Assembly: GCA_963662265.2 (NCBI GenBank)
Contig: CAXXHA010000037.1
Location: 1 to 60,141 of the forward strand
Origin: Spirochaetia bacterium
Lineage (GTDB): Bacteria > Spirochaetota > Spirochaetia > CADAEX01
Reading direction: 5' to 3'
DNA length: 60,141 nucleotides
Shown here: in pieces, positions 1 through 9,966 of the stretch
Layout: every line of letters starts with the position of its first letter
How positions within the stretch are numbered: position 1 is the first letter of the stretch
The notes under the pieces: model-generated
What the model saw: only the letters and a program-made list of their open reading frames with translations
Told to the model about the DNA's origin: nothing
Databases searched by the model: none
Position numbers and translations under genes: made by a program

Positions 1-112
1 GAAGATGCTGATGAAGGCTGAGAAAACAGGATAACCAGGAAAAAAGAAGTACCTCGGAACCATCAAAAACAGAAGAAAAATTACTCAGCTCACTGTCAGA
101 AGCAGACAAGAC

Positions 113-2281
113 TCACCTGTTGAGTATCTGGTATGTAAAATATACACAGGCAAGTGCATCGTCATAATCTGATTGCTCTGCAGGATAACCAGTAATTGAT
201 TCTGCAAGATAGCGGAAATGTTTTTTTGCATCTACAGATGCTATCATCAGGCTGCATCTTTTCCAGATTAAGCTGTAACTCCCTTCTGAAAACATTTTTA
301 TAAAATTTTCATGCTCTTCGTAAAACTTCTTATGCTCCCTTGCTTCATCGAGAAAATCCCTGAGACCCTCCCCCTTAACAAGGTTTCTGCTCTTGTATAT
401 ATCGGAAAGAGAGGGGGAAAAACCTAGCATTCTGGCGACAAGACTGTAGTAAGTCTGCCTGAACCTTTTATCCTGCCTGTATATTTTTTCTGAAAAAAGA
501 TTTTTCAGGAACTTCTTTTCCCTATCCATGTTGTTAAGCGCTATAGCATAATTCATGCTGTTCCAAAGGTCCTCGTCTTCCGAGGCTTTTTCCCTTACAA
601 CATCAAGGTATTTACGGCTTCCTATTCTTCCCAGGGATTTGGCAGCATTTGAACATACATCTGGATTATCATCAAAAAGAAGTTTTTCAAGAAGCTCCTC
701 TGTTTTACTGTCAGGATAGGCCCCGAGGGCAAATATAGCCTTCAGCCTGTGATACGATGAACTGCTTTCTGCTTCCCTGATAAGATCATCAAGAAGTTCA
801 TGCCTGGGATGGGAAAAAAGAGACTTTATTATTTCCCCCTTCCCTGTAGAGAGAGGACTTGCAAGAACTGCCCGGATCTCCTCCGTGGCAAGTGTGTTTT
901 CCTGCTTGCTTATATTGAGAAGTACTGTTCTTCTCCGTACCGGGTCTTTAATCTTATCAAGCCTTCCGATCTGCCAGAAAGCCTGGAGGTTCGAGGGTGA
1001 GAAAAGAATTGAAATAGCATCCCGGTTTGAACGGCTGTCAGGCTCACTTACCATGAAACTCAGGACCAGCGCAGCAGATGCAGTCACTGATGCAAACAGG
1101 AATGTGAGGCTGTAGCTGTTGGGAAGTGAGGTAAAAAACAGGCTGTGACTGTCTGCCAGATATCCCCCTGCAAAACCGACAAAGAGTGATACAAACGCAA
1201 CAACAAAATTTATCATCGAATTGTACCCTACAGTATCCCCCTCGGGAAGAACCCTTACAATAAGCCGGTTTGTCAGCATATTGTTTGTATAAAGGAAAAA
1301 ACCGGTAACAATTCCCAGAATAAAATAAATATACAGGGGAAAATCTGCAGGAATAAAAAACCACAGAAGGAATGAAATCGCGAGCCCTAGAGATCCCCCC
1401 CAAAGCAGCGGCTTGCTCCCTATCCTGTCGGCAAAACTGTTTGTATAGAGCCCTGCAAGAATATTTGATACTGCTGTAATCATTGTGAACACAAAAATCC
1501 AGTTTGTACCTGCTCCCGCATCAATCCTGAGAAAGGGAACAAGGAAGCCGAAGAGAATCATCATTGCGATATTTGTCCAGTTCAGGAGAATTGCTGTCCT
1601 CAGTTCCGGAGTTCTCATGGATTCCCGGAAAATCGAAGTCAGGCTGTAACCTTTCTTATAGTACACAGTTTCCCTGCATGGGATTTTCCTTGCCTCAACA
1701 GCGGCAAGCGTATTGAGAATAATTCCGGCATACTGAAGAATAAGCAGCCCTGCAATTCCTGCAAAACGGCTTATTGATGTGAAAATAAAACTGACAACAC
1801 GGGCAGCAGTAAGCGACAGCTGGAAACTGTTTGATGATTTAGCAACAACCTCGCCCCTGTTTCCAGATGATGAAACCATTCTCAGGAGGGGCTGGTAGAG
1901 AGCAACACCGAGAATCCTTGTAATGCAGAAAAGAGTATAAGTAACAAGTATTATAAATACAGCCCTGTTTCCGGATATAAACCACAGAAGCGAATAGAGA
2001 AAACAGACAAGCCCCCTGATAATCCATGCCCAGTACTGAAGCGTTATGAAATTGACCCCTGCAAATATACGTGGGACAAACAGAAGAAGAATACCTGCAA
2101 CATACATTACAGATGCTATATACCCAAGCTGGATATTGCTTGCCCCGAAATGTATGGCAAGAAGTGTTACCGGAGTATCGCCGATGAAATTAAACCCGGA
2201 TCCGTTATACATCTGATGCAGTCTGAGATGCCTGAAACCGGTCTTCTTCTCGGAAGGGGAAAGAAACCTTGTCTTATACAT
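113..2281 (-). CDS. MFS transporter fused to C-terminal HEAT-repeat domain
   Basis: About 410 aa of multi-TM MFS-like sequence (motif FADRIGSKP), followed by HEAT-like repeats (RLKAIFALG, VCSNAAKSLGRIG). Confidence 0.8.
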   Translation of the reverse strand: MYKTRFLSPSEKKTGFRHLRLHQMYNGSGFNFIGDTPVTLLAIHFGASNIQLGYIASVMYVAGILLLFVPRIFAGVNFITLQYWAWIIRGLVCFLYSLLWFISGNRAVFIILVTYTLFCITRILGVALYQPLLRMVSSSGNRGEVVAKSSNSFQLSLTAARVVSFIFTSISRFAGIAGLLILQYAGIILNTLAAVEARKIPCRETVYYKKGYSLTSIFRESMRTPELRTAILLNWTNIAMMILFGFLVPFLRIDAGAGTNWIFVFTMITAVSNILAGLYTNSFADRIGSKPLLWGGSLGLAISFLLWFFIPADFPLYIYFILGIVTGFFLYTNNMLTNRLIVRVLPEGDTVGYNSMINFVVAFVSLFVGFAGGYLADSHSLFFTSLPNSYSLTFLFASVTASAALVLSFMVSEPDSRSNRDAISILFSPSNLQAFWQIGRLDKIKDPVRRRTVLLNISKQENTLATEEIRAVLASPLSTGKGEIIKSLFSHPRHELLDDLIREAESSSSYHRLKAIFALGAYPDSKTEELLEKLLFDDNPDVCSNAAKSLGRIGSRKYLDVVREKASEDEDLWNSMNYAIALNNMDREKKFLKNLFSEKIYRQDKRFRQTYYSLVARMLGFSPSLSDIYKSRNLVKGEGLRDFLDEAREHKKFYEEHENFIKMFSEGSYSLIWKRCSLMIASVDAKKHFRYLAESITGYPAEQSDYDDALACVYFTYQILNR

Positions 2282-2287
2282 GATTTT

Positions 2288-2316
2288 ATAATAGGAGACA
2301 ATTATCTGCAGTTCAA
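2288..2316 (-). promoter_or_regulatory. Sigma70-type promoter, probably leaderless, for the MFS-HEAT gene
   Basis: Minus strand reads TTGAAC-17 nt-TATTAT, then 6 nt to the ATG at 2281; no SD sequence. Confidence 0.55.
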
Positions 2317-2345
2317 GTATTCACCTAGACTGATTTCTGCTGTTT

Positions 2346-3599
2346 TTAAATTTTACAGAACTGCAGAATTTTTCCAAACAAAGGAGTACTTCCGATTTCC
2401 CCTCTTCTGAAAAAAATCAGAATTGCATAAAGATAAAACAGAAAAAGAGTTGAAGGCAGAGGCTGTATACCTGCCGCCATTACCGGGATATATAAAAGGG
2501 AAGAAACAAAAAGAATCCTTGAGAGAACAGCAGTATATGTTTTAATTTTCCTGAATGGGAGAATTAAAACATATACTGCAGAAAGGGGGGACAGCCACAG
2601 GATATTGAAATTCCAGTTGGGAACCATGTGATCTGAAAAAAACCAGAGATAAAAAAGAAGTATTCCGGCTGTTCCTGATATGACAAGAAAAAGGATTTCA
2701 GAAGCAGAAAAAATCACAACAGCAAACCGGCTGACCTTTCTTCTCATATTCAATAAAAGGTAAAAGACTTCAGAAATTATCAGAAGCAGAGAAATATAAA
2801 ACAGACAGCTGGTATCTTTTTCAGCATCACTATCATCTTCAAAACTGTATAATATTTTCTTCTCTTTTACAAGTTTTTTCATCCCCCCCTCATATTTGAG
2901 GGATGCCAGGTCAAAACCTTCAATCAAAGGCACAGGCAGAAAATACCTGGCAAGTCCTTCAGGCAGCCTGTCGGAAGGGGATCCCAGAACAATATCTATC
3001 CCGGCGTTGAGAAAGGGATAGCTTTTTAAATAATAGTCAATCATGCTGCGGAAAGAGTTTTCCCCCTTCCCTTCCGGGAATACTGCATCATTCCCGAAAC
3101 ACTTCATAATTACATCAGCTATCCGTGTTGAACAGTTGTCATTGATAAAATCGTATTTATAGTAACGGTTTTCCTCCAGGCTGTTTTCAAGAAGAAAATC
3201 AAACAGGAGATCTTTTTCTTCAGGCTCAAGATTCAGAACCTGCTCAACAACCTTCCTGTTTTCAAAAGCGGAATAATACCTGTAGGCGCTCCTGAAACTG
3301 TCAACAGAAAGGTAGTAATCAAGCTTTCCCCTGACAAATTTAGGGACAAAAAGAGGATCATCAAAATCAAATGTACCGTAATTAAACATCCAGTCTATCC
3401 CTTTTTCAGGGTCATATACACGGAAGGAACTGTGTCCGAAAAGGGAATAGATCTCCCTGCCGGGATAGACCGTTACCATGCTGATAACTGAAGAACTGCC
3501 AAGCACAGGATATTCAGATCTCCAGCTGTCATTTGTTTCAGCATTAAGAGAAAAACATATTAAAGTTAAAATTAATATAAAAATATATTTTTTATTCAT
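2346..3599 (-). CDS. DUF4105 domain membrane protein (Lnb-like lipoprotein N-acyltransferase family)
   Basis: Signal peptide, motifs PGxEIYSLFGH, FNYGTFDF and YKYDFINDNCST, plus about 5 C-terminal TM helices. Confidence 0.75.
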   Translation of the reverse strand: MNKKYIFILILTLICFSLNAETNDSWRSEYPVLGSSSVISMVTVYPGREIYSLFGHSSFRVYDPEKGIDWMFNYGTFDFDDPLFVPKFVRGKLDYYLSVDSFRSAYRYYSAFENRKVVEQVLNLEPEEKDLLFDFLLENSLEENRYYKYDFINDNCSTRIADVIMKCFGNDAVFPEGKGENSFRSMIDYYLKSYPFLNAGIDIVLGSPSDRLPEGLARYFLPVPLIEGFDLASLKYEGGMKKLVKEKKILYSFEDDSDAEKDTSCLFYISLLLIISEVFYLLLNMRRKVSRFAVVIFSASEILFLVISGTAGILLFYLWFFSDHMVPNWNFNILWLSPLSAVYVLILPFRKIKTYTAVLSRILFVSSLLYIPVMAAGIQPLPSTLFLFYLYAILIFFRRGEIGSTPLFGKILQFCKI

Positions 3600-3813
3600 T
3601 TAATCCTGCTGCTTACCGCCCTTTCTGCATTATTTCTTATACAGTGTTATTTTTCAACTATAAAAAGAAATCGTTAGATAATCCGCCCTTAGTATAATAT
3701 AATCAGGATATCAGATTTTTTATCTAAAACATATTTAAAGCGCTGAAATTTTATAATAATGACTATTGACTTACGTCGCTCTCTACTTTATAAATACTTA
3801 AGAGAGTTTAATA

Positions 3814-4386
3814 ATGCTTAAAAATACTTATAAATTCGGGGAAAAAATCAGGCTTATCCGGGAAAGAAAACAGATAACCCTCAAGACAATTGCGGATGCT
3901 GTAAATATAAGCGAAAGCATGATCAGCCAGATCGAAAGAAACAAGGTTTCCCCTTCCATAGATACATTACTCAATATCGCTGAATTTCTGGAAATTGATA
4001 TTGATTACCTTTTCAGGGAATTCAAACAGAACAAGAAAGTCAATATTACAAGGAATAAGACAGGAAATTCCCTTTCTTCACCTGATTACAGGTACAGCCA
4101 GCTGTGCTCAATACCGGAAACAGAACCGCTTGCTCCGGTAGAAACAGTGTGGCTGGAAATTGAACAGGGGAAGGAAAAAGGGGATATAGAATTCGGACAC
4201 AAGGGTTCTGAAATCGGCATCATTATTGAGGGAGAGGCGACTCTGACCTACGGAACTGAAAACTATGTACTGAAACAGGGGGACAGCATTTCATACTCGT
4301 CAGATATTCCCCACATAATAAAGAATTCAGGGAAAGGGATAATGAAAGCTGTATGGATACTTTCTCCCCCGAGAATTTTTTCCTGA
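3814..4386 (+). CDS. XRE-family HTH transcriptional regulator with C-terminal cupin (PuuR/SutR-like)
   Basis: ISQIERNKVSPSIDTL HTH_3 motif; cupin HKGSE...GDSISYSSDIPH. Confidence 0.9.
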   Translation: MLKNTYKFGEKIRLIRERKQITLKTIADAVNISESMISQIERNKVSPSIDTLLNIAEFLEIDIDYLFREFKQNKKVNITRNKTGNSLSSPDYRYSQLCSIPETEPLAPVETVWLEIEQGKEKGDIEFGHKGSEIGIIIEGEATLTYGTENYVLKQGDSISYSSDIPHIIKNSGKGIMKAVWILSPPRIFS

Positions 4387-4631
4387 GAAATCACATAATC
4401 CCGGGAGACCAGGATATTAAGAGAATAGAGCAGTTAAATAAAAGTATTTAAAGTCAATCCCGACAATTAAACTGAAAAATACTTTTAACAGATATAAAAC
4501 AGAAATTTACCTGCTGCTGCAGATATTATCCATTTAAGATATTGCAGCGCAGCAAGCCGGAAACCCGGCAGATATGCGGACTGATTAATTTGAATATCAG
4601 CCCGAAACAGACTTTTACAGGAGTAAATATT

Positions 4632-5927
4632 ATGGGTAAAACAATTGCTGAAAAAATTTTTGAAGCCCACATTGTTGACCGTCCGGTGCCGGAAACAGCA
4701 GTAATAAAACTGGATGCTGTTTTCTGCCATGAAATTACAACACCGGCAGCAATACTTGATCTCAAGGCAAGAGGGAAGAAAGGGGTTTTTGATCCTTCAA
4801 AAATCAAGGCGGTGATTGACCATGTTACACCGGCAAAGGACTCGAAAACAGCAACTCAGGGTTTAATCCTGAGAGAATGGGCAAAAGAAGAGGGAATCAG
4901 GGATTTTTTCGATATCGGAAGAAACGGTGTCTGCCATGCAATTTTCCCGGAAAAAGGTTTTGCAAGACCGGGCTACACAATTATCATGGGCGACTCACAC
5001 ACCTGCACGCACGGGGCATTCGGTGCATTTGCCGCAGGAGTCGGAACTACAGACCTTGAGGTTGGAATCCTGAAAGGGGTATGTTCATTCCAGCTCCCGG
5101 GAACTATCAGGGTAAACATAACAGGAAAACCGGCGGCGGGGGTATATTCAAAAGATATTATCCTTTCAATAATTAAAATGCTCGGCGTAAACGGCGCGAC
5201 AGACAGGGTCATAGAATTTACAGGCGAAGTAGTAGACAACATGACAATGGAGGAAAGAATGACTCTCTGCAACATGGCGATAGAAGCAGGGGGAACTTCG
5301 GGTATCTGCTATCCGGACAGGACAACCGCTGAATACCTGTGGGATTTCATAAAAGATGACTATTCATCTGTTGATGAAGCAGAAGCAGATTTTAAAAAAT
5401 GGATTTCTGACAGCGATGCCGAATATGTGAAAGAGATATCCTTCGATGTATCCGATCTTGAGCCTGTCGCAACATTCGGTTATAAACCGGACCAGGTCAA
5501 GACAATAAAAGAACTCGAAGGAACCGAGGTAAACCAGGTCTATATAGGCTCATGTACAAACGGAAGAATCGAAGATCTCAGGGAAGCTGCAAAAGTACTC
5601 AAAGGGAAAAAAATTGCAGACAGTGTAAGGGGCATAGTATCCCCTGCAACACCTGATATTTTTAAAGCGGCCCTCAAAGAGGGGATCATAGATATCTTCA
5701 TGGATGCGGGTTTCTGTGTAACAAACCCGACATGCGGCGCCTGCCTGGGAATGAGCAACGGAGTACTTGCAGAAGGCGAAGTCTGCGCATCAACAACAAA
5801 CAGGAACTTCAACGGAAGAATGGGTAAAGGCGGCATGGTACACCTGATGAGCCCCGCGTCAGCTGCTGCCTCATCTCTGACAGGTGTGATTACAAATTCA
5901 CCTCTATACACAGGGAAGGAGAAATAA
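4632..5927 (+). CDS. leuC: 3-isopropylmalate dehydratase large subunit (short LeuC/HacA type)
   Basis: MGKTIAEKI start with SD CAGGAG at 4618; DSHTCTHGAFG, GSCTNGR, CGACLG, STTNRNFNGRMG aconitase motifs. The start is moved from the ORF track's 4542. Confidence 0.9.
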   Translation: MGKTIAEKIFEAHIVDRPVPETAVIKLDAVFCHEITTPAAILDLKARGKKGVFDPSKIKAVIDHVTPAKDSKTATQGLILREWAKEEGIRDFFDIGRNGVCHAIFPEKGFARPGYTIIMGDSHTCTHGAFGAFAAGVGTTDLEVGILKGVCSFQLPGTIRVNITGKPAAGVYSKDIILSIIKMLGVNGATDRVIEFTGEVVDNMTMEERMTLCNMAIEAGGTSGICYPDRTTAEYLWDFIKDDYSSVDEAEADFKKWISDSDAEYVKEISFDVSDLEPVATFGYKPDQVKTIKELEGTEVNQVYIGSCTNGRIEDLREAAKVLKGKKIADSVRGIVSPATPDIFKAALKEGIIDIFMDAGFCVTNPTCGACLGMSNGVLAEGEVCASTTNRNFNGRMGKGGMVHLMSPASAAASSLTGVITNSPLYTGKEK

Positions 5928-6449
5928 ATGAAAAATTTCGACGGGAAAGCGGTTTTCCTGAACAGGAAAGATATCAATACAGATGAAATCATACCGGCAA
6001 AATACCTCACAGAGGTAACTAAAATTGCGCTGAAACCCTACCTTCTTGAAGACCTCAAACTGGAAGGGTTCTCGACAGAACAGCTGGCAGATAAAAAGGC
6101 TGTTATAACAAAAGAAAATTTCGGATGCGGATCATCAAGAGAACATGCACCATGGGCGCTCGAAGTGAATGATATAAACATAGTTATTGCTTCGAGTTTT
6201 GCAAGAATATTCAGACAGAACATGTATAACTGCGGAATGCTTGCGGTGGAACTGCCCGATGAAAACATTGAAGACATTTTCAGCACTTTTGCAGAATCAG
6301 GATGCTCTGTAAAAACAGACCTCGAAAACCAGTCAATCAGATTCTACTCCGGCAGCACAGAAAAGGAGTATAAATTCAGGATTTCAGACTTCAACAAAGA
6401 CCTGGTTAAAGCCGGCGGATGGGTGGAATACGCGGATTCAAGATATTAA
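5928..6449 (+). CDS. leuD: 3-isopropylmalate dehydratase small subunit
   Basis: DINTDEIIPAKYL, NFGCGSSREHAPWAL, SFARIF motifs; abuts leuC. Confidence 0.92.
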   Translation: MKNFDGKAVFLNRKDINTDEIIPAKYLTEVTKIALKPYLLEDLKLEGFSTEQLADKKAVITKENFGCGSSREHAPWALEVNDINIVIASSFARIFRQNMYNCGMLAVELPDENIEDIFSTFAESGCSVKTDLENQSIRFYSGSTEKEYKFRISDFNKDLVKAGGWVEYADSRY

Positions 6450-6552
6450 ATAATATTTCTTTATCAACCCGGTATCTATTAATAATCTGCTTTAGAGTGA
6501 ATTACTTAAAGATACCGATGATAAAGATTCTATCTTTTTTAAATAAACATAT

Positions 6553-6723
6553 TTAAAGATGATCAATAATATCAACTAGAAGCTGGATAACCTGTTTATA
6601 TTCTTCAAGAGGGATAGCTATCATCATAATGACAGGAGATCCTCCATAATTGACAGCATCAATCTTAATATCAGCTGATTTTAAAGCCATCAAGACCCTG
6701 GTGGTTACAGGGGGGGCAGTCAT
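6553..6723 (-). CDS. Small 56-aa ORF or remnant resembling the C-terminal ACT domain of aspartate kinase
   Basis: Hand translation MTAPPVTTRVLMALKSADIKIDAVNYGGSPVIMMIAIPLEEYKQVIQLLVDIIDHL, with upstream in-frame KGEGG; below the 60-aa ORF cutoff. Confidence 0.5.
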   Translation of the reverse strand: MTAPPVTTRVLMALKSADIKIDAVNYGGSPVIMMIAIPLEEYKQVIQLLVDIIDHL

Positions 6724-6769
6724 CCCCCCTTCACCTTTCAGTTTTTCTGCAATGGCAGCTGAAAAAAAG

Positions 6770-7957
6770 CTATTTTATAAATAATTTCTGGGGGAAATCT
6801 ATAAATTTCTCACATCCCTTTTCAGTTACAAGAAAAGGTTCACTGCACTCAAAACCGAACTTATCAAGCCATATTCCCGGCATAAAATGAATAGTCATTC
6901 CCGGGACAAGAACAGTCTTATCTCCGGGACGCAGGCTGACAGTATGTTCTCCCCAGTCGGGAACATAATTCAGACCATAGGAATATCCCACTCTTGATGG
7001 TTTTTCCACACCTGTTCCCCTGAGATTCGAACGCCATTTTGCTTCAACCTCTTCTGCAGTTACTCCCGGTTTTATAAACCCAAGTGTATTATTCAGACCA
7101 TTGATAACAACATCTGATATTTTTTTAAGTTCATCCGGGGGAGTTCCGAGAAATACGGTTCTCGAAAGAGGCGCGTGATAATGATGTCTTGCGCCAGCCA
7201 GTTCCAATAGAACAACATCACCATCCCGATATATCCTGTCCGGATCATAAGTCAGATGGGCTGAAGATGTTCTTTCTGCAGACGGCATAATTGGAATTAT
7301 TGCCGGGAAATCACCTCCATATTGTTCTGATCCTGCTATCTGTGCTTCAGCCACTGCTGCAGCCGCATCCTTCTCCCACACACCGGTTTTGATCCTGTCT
7401 ACAGCCAGCTTCATAACATTTGTACAGATAACAGATGCCTGCCTCATATATTCAATTTCCGGGGCACTCTTTACAGTTTTTATCCAGTTAACCAGATTTG
7501 TTGCATCCAGCAGATTTTCTCTGCCGAGCTGCTTTTCCAGTTCAATAAACATACGGGCATTAAACCAGTATCCATCCATTTCAAGACCAATGTTTTTTCT
7601 ATTCCAGCCTTGATCTTTCAGAAAACTGCCTACATATTGCATCGTATGCATATACCTCGACTGCACATATGTATCGGGATATCCCAGGATATGATTATCA
7701 TCGAGCCAGCTTGTCAGTCTTGCACCGTTGGAATCCTGTTCCCGTCCAAACCAGAATGGCATTTCATCATCCAGAGAAACAATGACTCCCTGATGGACAT
7801 AAAAAGACCATCCATCATATCCTGTGAGATAGTTCATATTTGCAGGATCCATTACCAGAAGGAGTTCAATCCCTTTGCGATCCATACTCTCCTGTGTTTT
7901 TCTGATTCGTCGGGAATATTCTTCCTTATTGAAAAAAAGCTTCCCTGACATTAACAA
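6770..7957 (-). CDS. doeA: Ectoine hydrolase DoeA/EutD (M24 creatinase-like), paralog 1
   Basis: DPANMNYLTGYDGWSFYVHQ, YVQSRYMH, GYSYGLNYVPDWGEHTVSLRPGD signature; located in an ectoine gene cluster. Confidence 0.85.
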   Translation of the reverse strand: MLMSGKLFFNKEEYSRRIRKTQESMDRKGIELLLVMDPANMNYLTGYDGWSFYVHQGVIVSLDDEMPFWFGREQDSNGARLTSWLDDNHILGYPDTYVQSRYMHTMQYVGSFLKDQGWNRKNIGLEMDGYWFNARMFIELEKQLGRENLLDATNLVNWIKTVKSAPEIEYMRQASVICTNVMKLAVDRIKTGVWEKDAAAAVAEAQIAGSEQYGGDFPAIIPIMPSAERTSSAHLTYDPDRIYRDGDVVLLELAGARHHYHAPLSRTVFLGTPPDELKKISDVVINGLNNTLGFIKPGVTAEEVEAKWRSNLRGTGVEKPSRVGYSYGLNYVPDWGEHTVSLRPGDKTVLVPGMTIHFMPGIWLDKFGFECSEPFLVTEKGCEKFIDFPQKLFIK

Positions 7958-8955
7958 GCCTGCCCTTCAATCCTGATTCCGATATTTTTTGAGACAGCAG
8001 TTTCATAAGCTTTTACAGCAATGATTGTATCCTGAACACCGACTCCGGTAAGATCACATACTGTTATCTGATCCTCACTTTGGCGTCCCGGATATATGCC
8101 GTTTATCAATTCTCCAAGTTCAGCAATCTGTGAATCACGGCTGATAACTCCGGCATCAAGACCGGATCTCATTTCTCCAAGGCTGAATACCTGATCTCTC
8201 AAATCACATGCAAGAAGATCTGCCTTTCCCAGGACTTCCGGTTCAAGCTCCTGCTTTTCTTCAGTGTCTGATCCCATGGAAGTTATATGCAGACCAGGAT
8301 GAAGCCATTCTGCCTTTATAAAGCCTTTTTTTGACGGCGTTGTAGTAACCAGAATACTGCTTTTTTTAACAACCTCTTCAGCACTGTCAGCCATCAGAAC
8401 ATCTATTCCTAGTTCTTCACTCATTTCCCTGACATATTTTTCCCTGACTTCAATGGAATCCAGGCTGAACATCCTTATAGTTTTTATATTTCTAACCAGG
8501 GCCAGTGCTCTCATCTGAAAACGGGCCTGTGTACCGGAACCTATTACACCTGCACTGCTGCAGTCTTTGGGAGCAAGATATCTGGCTGCTGCTGCTCCTG
8601 CGGCTGCTGTTCGAACCTGTGTCAGATATCCATTATCCAGCAATACCCCCTGCAAAAATCCTGTTTCAGAACTGAGGACCAGCATCTGTCCGCTGGCAGA
8701 AGGCAGTCCGATTTTATTATTTTCAAAAAACCCGGATGCTACTTTAACAGCTACACTGTCCACACCCCTGATATAAGCACTCTTTACATCTATCTCTCCT
8801 GTTTTTTCAGGAACAGGAATCATCATTACAGGAGGTACAGTAGCATAACCTTTCTGAAGTGCACTGAATCCCTGTTCTATAGCTTCAATAAGACAATTGT
8901 CCAAAACAACAACACTTTTTAACTCATTTTCTGAAATTACATATACCGGTTCCAT
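7951..8955 (-). CDS. eutC: Ectoine utilization cyclodeaminase EutC (ornithine cyclodeaminase family)
   Basis: VKVASGFFEN, LLDNGYLTQVRTAAAGA, GSGTQA, VCDLTGVGVQD motifs. Confidence 0.85.
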   Translation of the reverse strand: MEPVYVISENELKSVVVLDNCLIEAIEQGFSALQKGYATVPPVMMIPVPEKTGEIDVKSAYIRGVDSVAVKVASGFFENNKIGLPSASGQMLVLSSETGFLQGVLLDNGYLTQVRTAAAGAAAARYLAPKDCSSAGVIGSGTQARFQMRALALVRNIKTIRMFSLDSIEVREKYVREMSEELGIDVLMADSAEEVVKKSSILVTTTPSKKGFIKAEWLHPGLHITSMGSDTEEKQELEPEVLGKADLLACDLRDQVFSLGEMRSGLDAGVISRDSQIAELGELINGIYPGRQSEDQITVCDLTGVGVQDTIIAVKAYETAVSKNIGIRIEGQAC

Positions 8956-8966
8956 ATTTCCTCTTC

Positions 8967-9947
8967 CTATAAATATTTCTGTACTGTATTTAGAAACACA
9001 GATGGATCAACACTTGATCCGCTTATTATGAGAGATACTTTTTTTCCGGATACATCAATTTTCCCGGATTTTACAGCAGCCAGACCGACAGCTGAAGCAC
9101 CTTCAATCACAAGGTTATGTTCAAGGAAAGCATATGCCATCGATTCTGCAATTTCCTCTTCAGAAATAAGCACATGCTCATCCACATATTCCCTTATAAG
9201 TTCCATTGAATACTTATTTTCTCTTCCAATACCTCCAAGCAGAGAATCTGCAAGAGTTTTCTTTTCTTCAATTGCTACAGGCCTGCCTGCTTCAAGACTT
9301 TTCAGCATTGCAGGAGACTGTTCAATAGAAACTCCGACAACATGAATAGAGGGGCAAATTGTTTTTGCCGCCATAGCAGTGCCGGCAAGCAATCCCCCGC
9401 CGGAAAGGGGAACAAGAAGCACATCAATATCCGGACATGTTTTCAGGATTTCAAGCGCAACAGTTCCCTGCCCGGCAATAATATAGGGATCATCAAAAGG
9501 AACAACAGGAATCAAACCCTTTTCTTCCATAAGTTCCAGATAGTAATTCTCAGCTTCATCCTGAGAATTACCTTTTACTATCACTTCAGCACCTAACTCA
9601 CGAATCTTTTCAACACGGTAACGGGGAACATTTTCAGACAGGCATATAAACGCCTTTATTCCAGTTTTTCCTGAAACATAGGAAACCGCTTTACCATGAT
9701 TTCCGGTAGAAAAAGTTATAACCCCTTTTTCTCTTTCCTTCCTGGAAAGACTCAGTATCCTGTTGGCTGCTCCCCTGACCTTGAATGCCCCGGTGTTTTG
9801 GAATGATTCCATTTTCATTAACAGGGATTCAGCGCCGCTTATCCTGGACAACAGTGCTGCATCTATAAGCGGTGTCTCCCATACCAATCCTTTAATTCTT
9901 TCTGACGCCGCAACAACATCATCTATATCAGGAAATTTTGTATCCAC
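8967..9947 (-). CDS. eutB: Hydroxyectoine utilization dehydratase EutB (PLP-dependent threonine dehydratase family)
   Basis: QNTGAFKVRGA PLP lysine, STGNHG, VPLSGGGL, LADSLLGGIG; GTG start with SD GGGGG. Confidence 0.85.
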   Translation of the reverse strand: MDTKFPDIDDVVAASERIKGLVWETPLIDAALLSRISGAESLLMKMESFQNTGAFKVRGAANRILSLSRKEREKGVITFSTGNHGKAVSYVSGKTGIKAFICLSENVPRYRVEKIRELGAEVIVKGNSQDEAENYYLELMEEKGLIPVVPFDDPYIIAGQGTVALEILKTCPDIDVLLVPLSGGGLLAGTAMAAKTICPSIHVVGVSIEQSPAMLKSLEAGRPVAIEEKKTLADSLLGGIGRENKYSMELIREYVDEHVLISEEEIAESMAYAFLEHNLVIEGASAVGLAAVKSGKIDVSGKKVSLIISGSSVDPSVFLNTVQKYL

Positions 9948-9966
9948 AGCGAATCCCCCTGTCCTG

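Noticed and set aside
1-112. Possible 3-prime end of an upstream plus-strand gene
   Set aside because: Too short to determine frame or product.
4542-4631. N-terminal extension of LeuC, or a leucine attenuator peptide
   Set aside because: The SD and conserved MGKT start lie at 4632; no Leu-rich leader ORF or T-box was seen.
6710-6729. G7/C6 hairpin as terminator of the ectoine operon
   Set aside because: There is no adjacent U tract on the minus strand and it lies within the ACT-like reading frame; ambiguous, so not called.
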